From the NCBI GenBank assembly GCA_964016885.1, contig OZ024744.1:114638001-114702000 (forward strand): a stretch of DNA of 64,000 bases. Reading direction: 5' to 3'. The notes under the pieces are model-generated. The model searched no databases. It was given only the letters and a program-made list of their open reading frames with translations, and was not told where the DNA came from. A program made the translations under genes and the position numbers. The stretch is from Eledone cirrhosa. Lineage: Eukaryota. This document shows positions 1 to 12,327 of this stretch, piece by piece (within the stretch, counting starts at the first letter, position 1; each line of letters begins with the position of its first letter).

Positions 1-254
1 TGACAACAGCCTACTACTGCCATGAATCAGCAGTAAATTTTGGCAAGTTTTGCTCAACAAATAATTTGGAGATAATATAGAGAATTAGTACATCTACCAA
101 CATATGTGTACAGATGTACTTCCATGCTAGCAAATATATATGTAATGTCTTAGTACCTTTGTGGTTCTATGCAGGGGGATGCAGAACAATTATATGAAAG
201 ACGTAAAGTAAGAAAATTTTAAAATTAAAAATCAACTTACTTACTAAAATTTTC

Positions 255-336
255 ACTCCAACTAATTAGTTTCTGTAAGGGGATAAATATAGTTACGTAA
301 TATAACTATAGAGAATTCCTTACGTCATCAGGGAGT
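255..336 (-). ncRNA. Type I hammerhead ribozyme, family A
   Basis: Minus strand: ACTCC-CTGATGA-cGTAAGG...CCTTACa-GAAA-CTAATTAG-TT-GGAGT. Stems I and II pair, stem III is palindromic (ACTAATTAGT), GUU triplet. Confidence 0.75.
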
Positions 337-492
337 CTATTCTCAGCTAAGTTCCCAGGCGGTGCGCGGACAATAGGAACCCGTATAAAACCCGTATAAA
401 ACTATATTTATCCCCTTACAGAAACTAATTAGTTGGAGTGAAAATTTTAGTAAGTGATTTTTAATTTTAAAATTTTCTTATTTTACGTCTTT

Positions 493-493
493 C

Positions 494-527
<34 letters not shown>

Positions 528-733
528 GTATATATATATGTATATATATATGTAAATATATATATGTATATATATATATGTATATATATATGTAAATATA
601 TATATGTATATATATATATATGTATATATATATGTATATATATATGTATATATATGTATATATATATATGTATATATATATGTATATATATATGTATATA
701 TATATATTTATATATATATATGTATATATATGA
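493..733. repeat. (TA)n/(TATG) microsatellite (copy at 6701-6941)
   Basis: Direct inspection. Confidence 0.95.
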
Positions 734-1146
734 ATTAGTTTAGCGAGGTTTTTTATATGAAATCGTGTGTCGAAACAAATATTGTTATACTTGGGGAGGG
801 TCATATTTGTGTAATATTGCCAGAATTAATAACAGAACACACTCACTGTTTGGTTGGTTTTCGCTTCTCGCTGTCTTTTATATCTGCGATCTAACTTACT
901 CGGTCCTCCGAGTAAGAATGAGGTAATTATATTGTATTGATTTTTATACAATAAATTTTGCTCTGATACTTACATAGAGCGCTCTTCAATTCTATGACCT
1001 TTTCTGTTTCCAACGGAAATTTCAATACTTATACAGCTCCCAAGGGAATGATCGCAGCATATTCTACATCTTTATGAGATTGGCACCTTCCAGCCCTTTT
1101 AAAGTCGAGCACTCTTCAGTCATAGGATTTTAAACCAATACCGAAC

Positions 1147-3283
1147 ATGGATAAATACCCTTTGGACTACTCTGTAAAGAATATCCCAACACCTTCTAAC
1201 ACTCTCTACACGAAAATACTGATAGACAAAGTAGAGAAGGTTGTTAAAAGAATGAGATGGAAAGCTTTGATTCTCGATGGACAATTTAACACGGATTCTA
1301 CGGAATATTTTGACATCAAAACTCATAAATACCCGCAAAGAGTAAAAGATATGACCGCCTTTGAATTAGACCTAGTTAACCTAATCAACAATATCAATTT
1401 TCGTAAGTACTCTAACCCTTTTCAATCTAAATTATCTAATGATATTTCAACTTTCAAATCTTCTAATAATAAGTTCATCTTCTCCGATAAAACTAAAAAC
1501 CTATATGAAGTTAATAATAATTTACACGACCAACTATTAATAGATAATATCACCTCTAAATACCAAATAGCTAATATAAATACGTACCATAATATAAATA
1601 AGGAAGCTAAAGAATTAGCTGTTTCTTTAAAAATAGATAGTAGGACAGAAAAACTTGCTAAACGTTCTGCGTATATCACCCTTAAAGATCATAAACCCGA
1701 CTTTATTAATCGTCCTAGTTGTAGATTAATCAACCCTGCTAAGACTGATATTGGTCTTGTCAGCAAAAAAATTTTAAATAAATTAAATACACACATTAGA
1801 AGTAAGTCTAAATTACTCCAATGGATAAATAGCTCTTCTGTAGTACATTGGTTTAATAATATTAAAAACAAAATCAGTTCTAGATTCACCCAATTTGACA
1901 TTGTAGATTTCTACCCATCTATTACTCAGACCCTTTTAGCGAAAGCTTTAAATTTCGCTAGAGGGTTTACTAATATCTCCGATATTGAAGAGAATGTCAT
2001 CTTGCATGCTAGGAACACTCTACTTTTTAATGATAATGACACTTGGGTAAAAATATCTAACCCAGAGAACCCATTCGATGTCTCAATGGGCTCTTACGAC
2101 AGTGCTGATGTTTGTGATCTGGTCGGCCTATTCCTCTTACATACACTTAAAGAAAAATTTCCTAACCATATTTTTGGGCTTTATCGCGACGATGGTCTAA
2201 TACTTTCCCATACCACCATAGGCCATAACTTAGATAGATTAAGGAAAGACTTAATAAAAACCTTCGCTAGTTTTAATCTTAAAATTACTATTGACACTAA
2301 CCTTTCCAACGTAGATTTCCTAGATATAAACCTAGATTTGCCTACTGCTTCTTATAAACCATACCATAAACCTAATGAAAACTTAAAATATATAAATAAA
2401 GGATCTTGCCATCCACCTATAGTTTTTAAAAACCTTATCCCTAATATTAGCCGTAGGATCTCCACCCTCTCTTCCTCAGAAGCTATTTTTAATAAGGCAT
2501 CCCCCTACTATAATAAAGCCCTCCAAAATAGCGGTTTTAGCGAACCGATTAAATACATACCTAACTATACTAACTTTATTAAACATAAAAATAGGAAAAG
2601 AAAATAATCTGGTTCACACCCCCTACTCTCTAGCAGTTAAAACTAATGTAGGCAAAAAATTCCTTGAGCTCCTAGATAAACATTTCCCTAGAACACATAG
2701 ATACTATAAGATCTTTAACAGAAACTGTGTCAAAATTAGCTATTCCTGCGGTCCCCCTATTAATTCCTATATCCTCAACAAAATATCACCTAGAGAAAAT
2801 CAAACTTGCTCCTGTAGAATCAAAAGTGAATGCCCATTACAAGGTAAATGCAACACCAAAGCCATTGTATATGCGGCTAAAGTGACAACCATCAGCAACA
2901 ACCATCCAGCCACCAGTGAACGATATGTGGGTATGACGCAAGACAAATTCAAAACGCGTTATTACTCACATGTCGCATCCTTTCGACATCCAGAAAAAAG
3001 ATTTACAACAGCTCTGGCTAGCAGAATTTGGGATTTGAAAGACCAAGGCATCCAATATAAATTAGATTGGTCAATTTTGAACCAATCTAAAGAATATGCT
3101 AGAGGAACAAGAAAATGCACGCTCTGCATAAATGAAAAATATTGGATATTGCAAAATCTCAAATCACCAAAGACCTGCCTGAACACAAAGACGGAAATTT
3201 TCACCAGTTGCTTTCCAGCTCATATAAACTTAACACACTTTCAGATACTTATCCTCCATAAACTCTTATTATTCTCTTTTTAA
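1147..3283 (+). pseudogene. Penelope-like RT + GIY-YIG endonuclease ORF with two -1 frameshifts near 2604 and 2623
   Basis: RT motifs SDKT, RLINP, FDIVDFYPSI, MGSYDSA, YRDDG. After restoring the frame: IIWFTPPYS...KHFP...CSCRIKSECPLQGKC...IVY...YVGMT...CTLCINEK...LN. Confidence 0.9.
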
Positions 3284-4392
3284 TTACCCTTTCTGACTTA
3301 CTTTCATTTTTATCCTTGTCAATAATTTCATTTATTTTTATTCTTATTTTTATTTTTTTATTTTTACTTCACATCCACCAATAACCCCCCCCCCCTTTAT
3401 TCTCCGATTCACTTTCCATTTTTTACTCCCCCTTTTTTTTATTTCCCTTTTTCCTTCACTAACTGATTAAACATGTCATTTGTGTTTTCCCTTCCAGATA
3501 TATTTTTCATTTTTATTTTTATTTTTTTTATTTTTGCGCAGCCAATCTTACAATTTTATATTTGTACTTACTTATCCACAAGTTTTTTACACCCTGTATC
3601 AATATGGCTGTACTTTCTATATATGTACATGAGCGACTACGTATGTGCGCGCGCGTGCGTGTATGTATATATATGTGTGCGTGTGTATGTATATATTATG
3701 CGTATGTGTATGTGTCTTTATATCCGTGTTTTGACATCTAGGTTTTATGTTTTGTTCCTTTTTTCTTCTCACCCACCCTTTTTTTACTTACTCATTTTTA
3801 TGCGTGTGTATGCAAACAGGTCAATATGCGTGAGTGTAAGTATGTGTGTGTGTGTGTACGTATCGAACGTATGGATGTGTAAGTGTGCGTGTGTATATAA
3901 GCATGTATATTTTGGCGTTTCTTTTGTGAGATATACGTGTGTGTGTATGTATGTACCCTTTTTTGTCTTCTTTTCTTTAATTTTTTCTTTCTAATTTATT
4001 GTTACATTTTTATAAATATATCGAGATTGATACTTTCCTTTAATTATTACACTCCCTTACCTCTTTTACTCCCGCATCTAAGTGTACGTGTGTGTAGGTG
4101 TGTTTATGCGCGTGCCTTCATATTCATATTCTTATGATGTATCTATTCTGTCTGTAGATTACAGACATACAGATACATTTGCCCTAAATTTTATATTTAC
4201 GCACACTTTTTCACTATACGTATACATATGTGCATACACATATATGCACATCTGTGAGCGTATATACATACATATACACACACCTAACTATATTTCTTGA
4301 TAGATTTTTATATATTTCAATTTCTAATTCATTTGTCTATATCTTTTTTTGATTTTCTTGATGAGACTTTCCAAGTATTTACCCATGTTTTA

Positions 4393-4472
4393 TATTGCCT
4401 CGTCTGACGAACGAATGAAGACGTTTCTTTCGTATTCGCCTCATTCGGGAAACCTCTGGTAATGAGGTAATT
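4393..4472 (+). ncRNA. Type I hammerhead ribozyme, family B, at the PLE 3' end
   Basis: TTGCCTCGT-CTGACGA(4404-4410)-aCGAATGA...TCATTCGg-GAAA(4449-4452)-CCtctGG-TA-ATGAGGTAA. GUA triplet, predicted cleavage after 4461. Confidence 0.85.
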
Positions 4473-4493
4473 ATATTGTATTGATTTTTATAC

Positions 4494-4546
<53 letters not shown>

Positions 4547-4553
4547 ACATATA

Positions 4554-4608
<55 letters not shown>

Positions 4609-5107
4609 ATATATATATATGTGTGTATATATATATGTATATATATATAGTTAAGCGAGGTTTTTTATATGAAATCGTGTGTCGAAACAGATATTGTTAT
4701 ACTTGGGGAGGGTCATATTTGCGTAATATTGCCAGAATTAATAACAGAACACACTCACTGTTTGGTTGGTTTTCGCTTCTCGTTGTCTTTTATATCTGCG
4801 ATCTAACTTACTCGGTCCTCAATGTTGCCATTGACTGACCGACGGTCAAAAATAATACAGATACAATATAGACAAACACATATATATATAGTTTACATAA
4901 TTTACATAAATCTTTCGTTGCACATCTGCAACATCGTCAGTGGTGTTATATTTTTTCCTCCTGTTGTGTCGTATGTCTACGCCATTTTTTTTTTTTTTTT
5001 TCGCGTAGACATACAACACAACAGGAGGAAGCCTAGTTCAGCTTTAAATCAACATGATATGTTGATTTAAAACTGAACTATCCACAAGTGTTTTTTAACC
5101 TTCATAT

Positions 5108-5189
5108 CATGTCCTGTTTTATCTGATGAAAACACAAATATTATTGCATGATGATATTTGTTTTTGAAATGCGCATAATAAAATACATG
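5108..5189 (+). ncRNA. Type I hammerhead ribozyme, family C
   Basis: TTTTAT-CTGATGA(5123-5129)-long stem II (ACAAATATTAT/ATGATATTTGT)-GAAA-TGCGCA-TA-ATAAAA. Palindromic stem III, AUA triplet. Confidence 0.8.
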
Positions 5190-5316
5190 GAACTCTTTTA
5201 ACCATCTTTTGTTCTTATATATTATGTATACTCCAGTCCTACAAACTGTAGAGTGCTTCTTATCCGATATCTGCATTGCTTTATTGTACTACAATAAAAC
5301 TCACCTCCTACATATG

Positions 5317-5347
<31 letters not shown>

Positions 5348-5351
<4 letters not shown>

Positions 5352-5635
5352 TAAGAGCTCCTTTGCCCTTTGACAGGTTTTGTTTTTAGTCCTGCAGGAT
5401 GTCCAAAGTCACCCACCTCACCAAGAAACCTTAGTGGGGTTGCCAGTTTAGTCGCCAACGACCCGACCATGGGACAGGTTGTACTGGGATACAATAATTG
5501 TCACAAGTATAGTGTTTGTACCAGTTTTCAAGTCGCTGGCTGGACTAAAAAGTCACTCGTTCAGCGCATCGGTAGGGGTTCTCCTACATGGATATAAAGT
5601 AGTGGCCGTACTCGAAAACGAGTTGGCAGCCACCA
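5348..5635 (+). mobile_element. Short RTE-derived non-autonomous fragment
   Basis: Ends in GGCCGTACTCGAAAACGAGTTGGCAGCCACCAT, matching the RTE tail at 52908-52940. Carries a C2H2-like remnant ([10 protein letters not shown]) and is embedded in (TA)n. Confidence 0.5.
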
Positions 5636-5688
5636 TATATATATATATATTATATATATATATATATATGTGTGTGTATATATATATA

Positions 5689-5735
<47 letters not shown>

Positions 5736-5929
5736 GTGTATATATATATATAGAGAGAGAGAATTAGTACATCTACCAACATATGTGTACAAATGTACAC
5801 CCATGCTACCAAATATATATGTTATGTCTTAGTACCTTTGTGGTTCTATGCAGGGGGATGCAGAACAATTATATGAAAGACGTAAAATCAGAAAATTTTA
5901 AAATTAAAAATCAACTTACTAAAATTTTC

Positions 5930-6011
5930 ACTCCAACTAATTAGTTTCTGTAAGGGGATAAATATAGTTACGTAATATAACTATAGAGAATTCCTTACGT
6001 CATCAGGGAGT
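5930..6011 (-). ncRNA. Type I hammerhead ribozyme, family A, copy 2
   Basis: Same sequence as 255-336. Confidence 0.75.
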
Positions 6012-6462
6012 CTATTCTCAGCTAAGTTCCCAGGCGATGCGTGGACACTAGGAACCCGTATAAAAATAATAATTCAGTGGATGGAATAAAGCTAGCGAGG
6101 ACTAAATTCCAGATCACTGAAAAAATTCACTGCCTCTGGTCAGTGGCAGATTCTAAAGAATCAATCACGTGACACTGAGGTTAATCAGTTAGGAGCGGGG
6201 TGGTATTATGACAAAAGCCTACTACTGCCATGAATCAGCAGTAAATTTTGGCAAGTTTTGCTCAACAAATAATTTGGAGATAATATAGAGAATTAGTACA
6301 TCTACCAACATATGTGTACAGATGTACTTCCATGCTAGCAAATATATATGTAATGTCTTAGTACCTTTGTGGTTCTATGCAGGGGGATGCAGAACAATTA
6401 TATGAAAGACGTAAAGTAAGAAAATTTTAAAATTAAAAATCAACTTACTTACTAAAATTTTC

Positions 6463-6544
6463 ACTCCAACTAATTAGTTTCTGTAAGGGGATAAATATAG
6501 TTACGTAATATAACTATAGAGAATTCCTTACGTCATCAGGGAGT
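6463..6544 (-). ncRNA. Type I hammerhead ribozyme, family A, copy 3
   Basis: Same sequence as 255-336, 533 nt from copy 2. Confidence 0.75.
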
Positions 6545-6701
6545 CTATTCTCAGCTAAGTTCCCAGGCGGTGCGCGGACAATAGGAACCCGTATAAAACC
6601 CGTATAAAACTATATTTATCCCCTTACAGAAACTAATTAGTTGGAGTGAAAATTTTAGTAAGTGATTTTTAATTTTAAAATTTTCTTATTTTACGTCTTT
6701 C

Positions 6702-6735
<34 letters not shown>

Positions 6736-7354
6736 GTATATATATATGTATATATATATGTAAATATATATATGTATATATATATATGTATATATATATG
6801 TAAATATATATATGTATATATATATATATGTATATATATATGTATATATATATGTATATATATGTATATATATATATGTATATATATATGTATATATATA
6901 TGTATATATATATATTTATATATATATATGTATATATATGAATTAGTTTAGCGAGGTTTTTTATATGAAATCGTGTGTCGAAACAAATATTGTTATACTT
7001 GGGGAGGGTCATATTTGTGTAATATTGCCAGAATTAATAACAGAACACACTCACTGTTTGGTTGGTTTTCGCTTCTCGCTGTCTTTTATATCTGCGATCT
7101 AACTTACTCGGTCCTCCGAGTAAGAATGAGGTAATTATATTGTATTGATTTTTATACAATAAATTTTGCTCTGATACTTACATAGAGCGCTCTTCAATTC
7201 TATGACCTTTTCTGTTTCCAACGGAAATTTCAATACTTATACAGCTCCCAAGGGAATGATCGCAGCATATTCTACATCTTTATGAGATTGGCACCTTCCA
7301 GCCCTTTTAAAGTCGAGCACTCTTCAGTCATAGGATTTTAAACCAATACCGAAC

Positions 7355-9491
7355 ATGGATAAATACCCTTTGGACTACTCTGTAAAGAATATCCCAACAC
7401 CTTCTAACACTCTCTACACGAAAATACTGATAGACAAAGTAGAGAAGGTTGTTAAAAGAATGAGATGGAAAGCTTTGATTCTCGATGGACAATTTAACAC
7501 GGATTCTACGGAATATTTTGACATCAAAACTCATAAATACCCGCAAAGAGTAAAAGATATGACCGCCTTTGAATTAGACCTAGTTAACCTAATCAACAAT
7601 ATCAATTTTCGTAAGTACTCTAACCCTTTTCAATCTAAATTATCTAATGATATTTCAACTTTCAAATCTTCTAATAATAAGTTCATCTTCTCCGATAAAA
7701 CTAAAAACCTATATGAAGTTAATAATAATTTACACGACCAACTATTAATAGATAATATCACCTCTAAATACCAAATAGCTAATATAAATACGTACCATAA
7801 TATAAATAAGGAAGCTAAAGAATTAGCTGTTTCTTTAAAAATAGATAGTAGGACAGAAAAACTTGCTAAACGTTCTGCGTATATCACCCTTAAAGATCAT
7901 AAACCCGACTTTATTAATCGTCCTAGTTGTAGATTAATCAACCCTGCTAAGACTGATATTGGTCTTGTCAGCAAAAAAATTTTAAATAAATTAAATACAC
8001 ACATTAGAAGTAAGTCTAAATTACTCCAATGGATAAATAGCTCTTCTGTAGTACATTGGTTTAATAATATTAAAAACAAAATCAGTTCTAGATTCACCCA
8101 ATTTGACATTGTAGATTTCTACCCATCTATTACTCAGACCCTTTTAGCGAAAGCTTTAAATTTCGCTAGAGGGTTTACTAATATCTCCGATATTGAAGAG
8201 AATGTCATCTTGCATGCTAGGAACACTCTACTTTTTAATGATAATGACACTTGGGTAAAAATATCTAACCCAGAGAACCCATTCGATGTCTCAATGGGCT
8301 CTTACGACAGTGCTGATGTTTGTGATCTGGTCGGCCTATTCCTCTTACATACACTTAAAGAAAAATTTCCTAACCATATTTTTGGGCTTTATCGCGACGA
8401 TGGTCTAATACTTTCCCATACCACCATAGGCCATAACTTAGATAGATTAAGGAAAGACTTAATAAAAACCTTCGCTAGTTTTAATCTTAAAATTACTATT
8501 GACACTAACCTTTCCAACGTAGATTTCCTAGATATAAACCTAGATTTGCCTACTGCTTCTTATAAACCATACCATAAACCTAATGAAAACTTAAAATATA
8601 TAAATAAAGGATCTTGCCATCCACCTATAGTTTTTAAAAACCTTATCCCTAATATTAGCCGTAGGATCTCCACCCTCTCTTCCTCAGAAGCTATTTTTAA
8701 TAAGGCATCCCCCTACTATAATAAAGCCCTCCAAAATAGCGGTTTTAGCGAACCGATTAAATACATACCTAACTATACTAACTTTATTAAACATAAAAAT
8801 AGGAAAAGAAAATAATCTGGTTCACACCCCCTACTCTCTAGCAGTTAAAACTAATGTAGGCAAAAAATTCCTTGAGCTCCTAGATAAACATTTCCCTAGA
8901 ACACATAGATACTATAAGATCTTTAACAGAAACTGTGTCAAAATTAGCTATTCCTGCGGTCCCCCTATTAATTCCTATATCCTCAACAAAATATCACCTA
9001 GAGAAAATCAAACTTGCTCCTGTAGAATCAAAAGTGAATGCCCATTACAAGGTAAATGCAACACCAAAGCCATTGTATATGCGGCTAAAGTGACAACCAT
9101 CAGCAACAACCATCCAGCCACCAGTGAACGATATGTGGGTATGACGCAAGACAAATTCAAAACGCGTTATTACTCACATGTCGCATCCTTTCGACATCCA
9201 GAAAAAAGATTTACAACAGCTCTGGCTAGCAGAATTTGGGATTTGAAAGACCAAGGCATCCAATATAAATTAGATTGGTCAATTTTGAACCAATCTAAAG
9301 AATATGCTAGAGGAACAAGAAAATGCACGCTCTGCATAAATGAAAAATATTGGATATTGCAAAATCTCAAATCACCAAAGACCTGCCTGAACACAAAGAC
9401 GGAAATTTTCACCAGTTGCTTTCCAGCTCATATAAACTTAACACACTTTCAGATACTTATCCTCCATAAACTCTTATTATTCTCTTTTTAA
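7355..9491 (+). pseudogene. Penelope-like RT + GIY-YIG ORF, duplicate with the same two frameshifts
   Basis: Translations identical to 1147-3283. Confidence 0.9.
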
Positions 9492-10601
9492 TTACCCTTT
9501 CTGACTTACTTTCATTTTTATCCTTGTCAATAATTTCATTTATTTTTATTCTTATTTTTATTTTTTTATTTTTACTTCACATCCACCAATAACCCCCCCC
9601 CCCCTTTATTCTCCGATTCACTTTCCATTTTTTACTCCCCCTTTTTTTTATTTCCCTTTTTCCTTCACTAACTGATTAAACATGTCATTTGTGTTTTCCC
9701 TTCCAGATATATTTTTCATTTTTATTTTTATTTTTTTTATTTTTGCGCAGCCAATCTTACAATTTTATATTTGTACTTACTTATCCACAAGTTTTTTACA
9801 CCCTGTATCAATATGGCTGTACTTTCTATATATGTACATGAGCGACTACGTATGTGCGCGCGCGTGCGTGTATGTATATATATGTGTGCGTGTGTATGTA
9901 TATATTATGCGTATGTGTATGTGTCTTTATATCCGTGTTTTGACATCTAGGTTTTATGTTTTGTTCCTTTTTTCTTCTCACCCACCCTTTTTTTACTTAC
10001 TCATTTTTATGCGTGTGTATGCAAACAGGTCAATATGCGTGAGTGTAAGTATGTGTGTGTGTGTGTACGTATCGAACGTATGGATGTGTAAGTGTGCGTG
10101 TGTATATAAGCATGTATATTTTGGCGTTTCTTTTGTGAGATATACGTGTGTGTGTATGTATGTACCCTTTTTTGTCTTCTTTTCTTTAATTTTTTCTTTC
10201 TAATTTATTGTTACATTTTTATAAATATATCGAGATTGATACTTTCCTTTAATTATTACACTCCCTTACCTCTTTTACTCCCGCATCTAAGTGTACGTGT
10301 GTGTAGGTGTGTTTATGCGCGTGCCTTCATATTCATATTCTTATGATGTATCTATTCTGTCTGTAGATTACAGACATACAGATACATTTGCCCTAAATTT
10401 TATATTTACGCACACTTTTTCACTATACGTATACATATGTGCATACACATATATGCACATCTGTGAGCGTATATACATACATATACACACACCTAACTAT
10501 ATTTCTTGATAGATTTTTATATATTTCAATTTCTAATTCATTTGTCTATATCTTTTTTTGATTTTCTTGATGAGACTTTCCAAGTATTTACCCATGTTTT
10601 A

Positions 10602-10681
10602 TATTGCCTCGTCTGACGAACGAATGAAGACGTTTCTTTCGTATTCGCCTCATTCGGGAAACCTCTGGTAATGAGGTAATT
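10602..10681 (+). ncRNA. Type I hammerhead ribozyme, family B, copy 2
   Basis: Identical to 4393-4472; CTGACGA at 10613. Confidence 0.85.
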
Positions 10682-10702
10682 ATATTGTATTGATTTTTAT
10701 AC

Positions 10703-10761
<59 letters not shown>

Positions 10762-10768
10762 ACATATA

Positions 10769-10823
<55 letters not shown>

Positions 10824-11322
10824 ATATATATATATGTGTGTATATATATATGTATATATATATAGTTAAGCGAGGTTTTTTATATGAAATCGTGTGTCGA
10901 AACAGATATTGTTATACTTGGGGAGGGTCATATTTGCGTAATATTGCCAGAATTAATAACAGAACACACTCACTGTTTGGTTGGTTTTCGCTTCTCGTTG
11001 TCTTTTATATCTGCGATCTAACTTACTCGGTCCTCAATGTTGCCATTGACTGACCGACGGTCAAAAATAATACAGATACAATATAGACAAACACATATAT
11101 ATATAGTTTACATAATTTACATAAATCTTTCGTTGCACATCTGCAACATCGTCAGTGGTGTTATATTTTTTCCTCCTGTTGTGTCGTATGTCTACGCCAT
11201 TTTTTTTTTTTTTTTTCGCGTAGACATACAACACAACAGGAGGAAGCCTAGTTCAGCTTTAAATCAACATGATATGTTGATTTAAAACTGAACTATCCAC
11301 AAGTGTTTTTTAACCTTCATAT

Positions 11323-11404
11323 CATGTCCTGTTTTATCTGATGAAAACACAAATATTATTGCATGATGATATTTGTTTTTGAAATGCGCATAATAAAATA
11401 CATG
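11323..11404 (+). ncRNA. Type I hammerhead ribozyme, family C, copy 2
   Basis: Identical to 5108-5189; CTGATGA at 11338. Confidence 0.8.
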
Positions 11405-11526
11405 GAACTCTTTTAACCATCTTTTGTTCTTATATATTATGTATACTCCAGTCCTACAAACTGTAGAGTGCTTCTTATCCGATATCTGCATCGCTTTATT
11501 GTACTACAATAAAACTCACCTCCTAC

Positions 11527-11568
<42 letters not shown>

Positions 11569-11587
11569 ATATATATATATATATATA

Positions 11588-11632
<45 letters not shown>

Positions 11633-11647
11633 ATATATATATATATA

Positions 11648-11678
<31 letters not shown>

Positions 11679-11697
11679 GTGTGTATATATATATATA

Positions 11698-11750
<53 letters not shown>

Positions 11751-11795
11751 ATATATATATATGTGTGTGTATATATATATATATATATGTGTGTA

Positions 11796-11832
<37 letters not shown>
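11527..11832. repeat. (TA)n/(TG) microsatellite
   Basis: Direct inspection. Confidence 0.95.
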
Positions 11833-11837
<5 letters not shown>

Positions 11838-11875
11838 ATTAAATAAATAGAAACTATATTTATAAAACCATATTT

Positions 11876-11939
11876 ATTTCATTATATATATTTCGGGGAT
11901 ATCATATTAACAATATGCTATGCCTTCCTCAGACAAAAT
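11876..11939 (-). ncRNA. Type I hammerhead ribozyme, family D (left arm)
   Basis: Reverse complement of 12069-12132. Confidence 0.65.
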
Positions 11940-12068
11940 ACAATATAAACAGTTTTATAGATAAATAGATTCGACATACCGTTATAACACCAGTTTAACC
12001 TCTTCAAATGCAAGTCGGTGTTATAACGGTATGTCGAATCTATTTATCTATAAAACTGTTTATATTGT

Positions 12069-12132
12069 ATTTTGTCTGAGGAAGGCATAGCATATTGTTA
12101 ATATGATATCCCCGAAATATATATAATGAAAT
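12069..12132 (+). ncRNA. Type I hammerhead ribozyme, family D (right arm)
   Basis: ATTTTGT-CTGAGGA(12076)-stem II (CATATT/AATATG)-GAAA(12114)-TATATA-TA-ATGAAAT. Confidence 0.65.
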
Positions 12133-12261
12133 AAATATGGTTTTATAAATATAGTTTCCATTTATTTAATATTGTAAATATACTCCAAATATTTGTTGAG
12201 TGCTTTTATATCAGTTATAAATATTTACTAGTTGTAACCCAACAATTTTAAATATAACTTT

Positions 12262-12327
<66 letters not shown>

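Larger units (their letters stand above)
918..4494 (+). mobile_element. Penelope-like retroelement (Naiad-type), near full length
   Basis: PLE RT plus C-terminal GIY-YIG ORF, long pyrimidine/TG-rich 3' UTR, 3' hammerhead, 34-bp terminal direct repeat (917-950 = 4461-4494), and 3' end abutting (TA)n. Confidence 0.9.
7126..10703 (+). mobile_element. Penelope-like retroelement (Naiad-type), duplicate copy
   Basis: Essentially identical to 918-4494. Confidence 0.9.
1..11530. repeat. Near-identical tandem segmental duplication, period about 6208-6215 bp (1-5315 repeated at 6209-11530; the first copy probably starts before the window)
   Basis: Identical ORF sets offset by 6208-6215. The only differences I saw were two substitutions (7 vs 6215; 5277 vs 11492) and run-length changes in a C-run and a TA tract. 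Confidence 0.97.
11832..12176. repeat. Long inverted repeat: 160-bp arms (11832-11991 / 12017-12176), 25-bp spacer
   Basis: The arms are reverse complements, with one mismatch seen. Confidence 0.95.

Noticed and set aside
918-1126. Spliced ATG-AG|GT exon extending the PLE ORF
   Set aside because: Joining to the nearby acceptors (1119 or 1125) is out of frame with ATG 1147; only a 5' UTR intron remains possible and it is unsupported.
3473-3994. 173-aa hydrophobic ORF (and its copy at 9682)
   Set aside because: Low-complexity T/TG-rich PLE 3' UTR with no recognisable domain.
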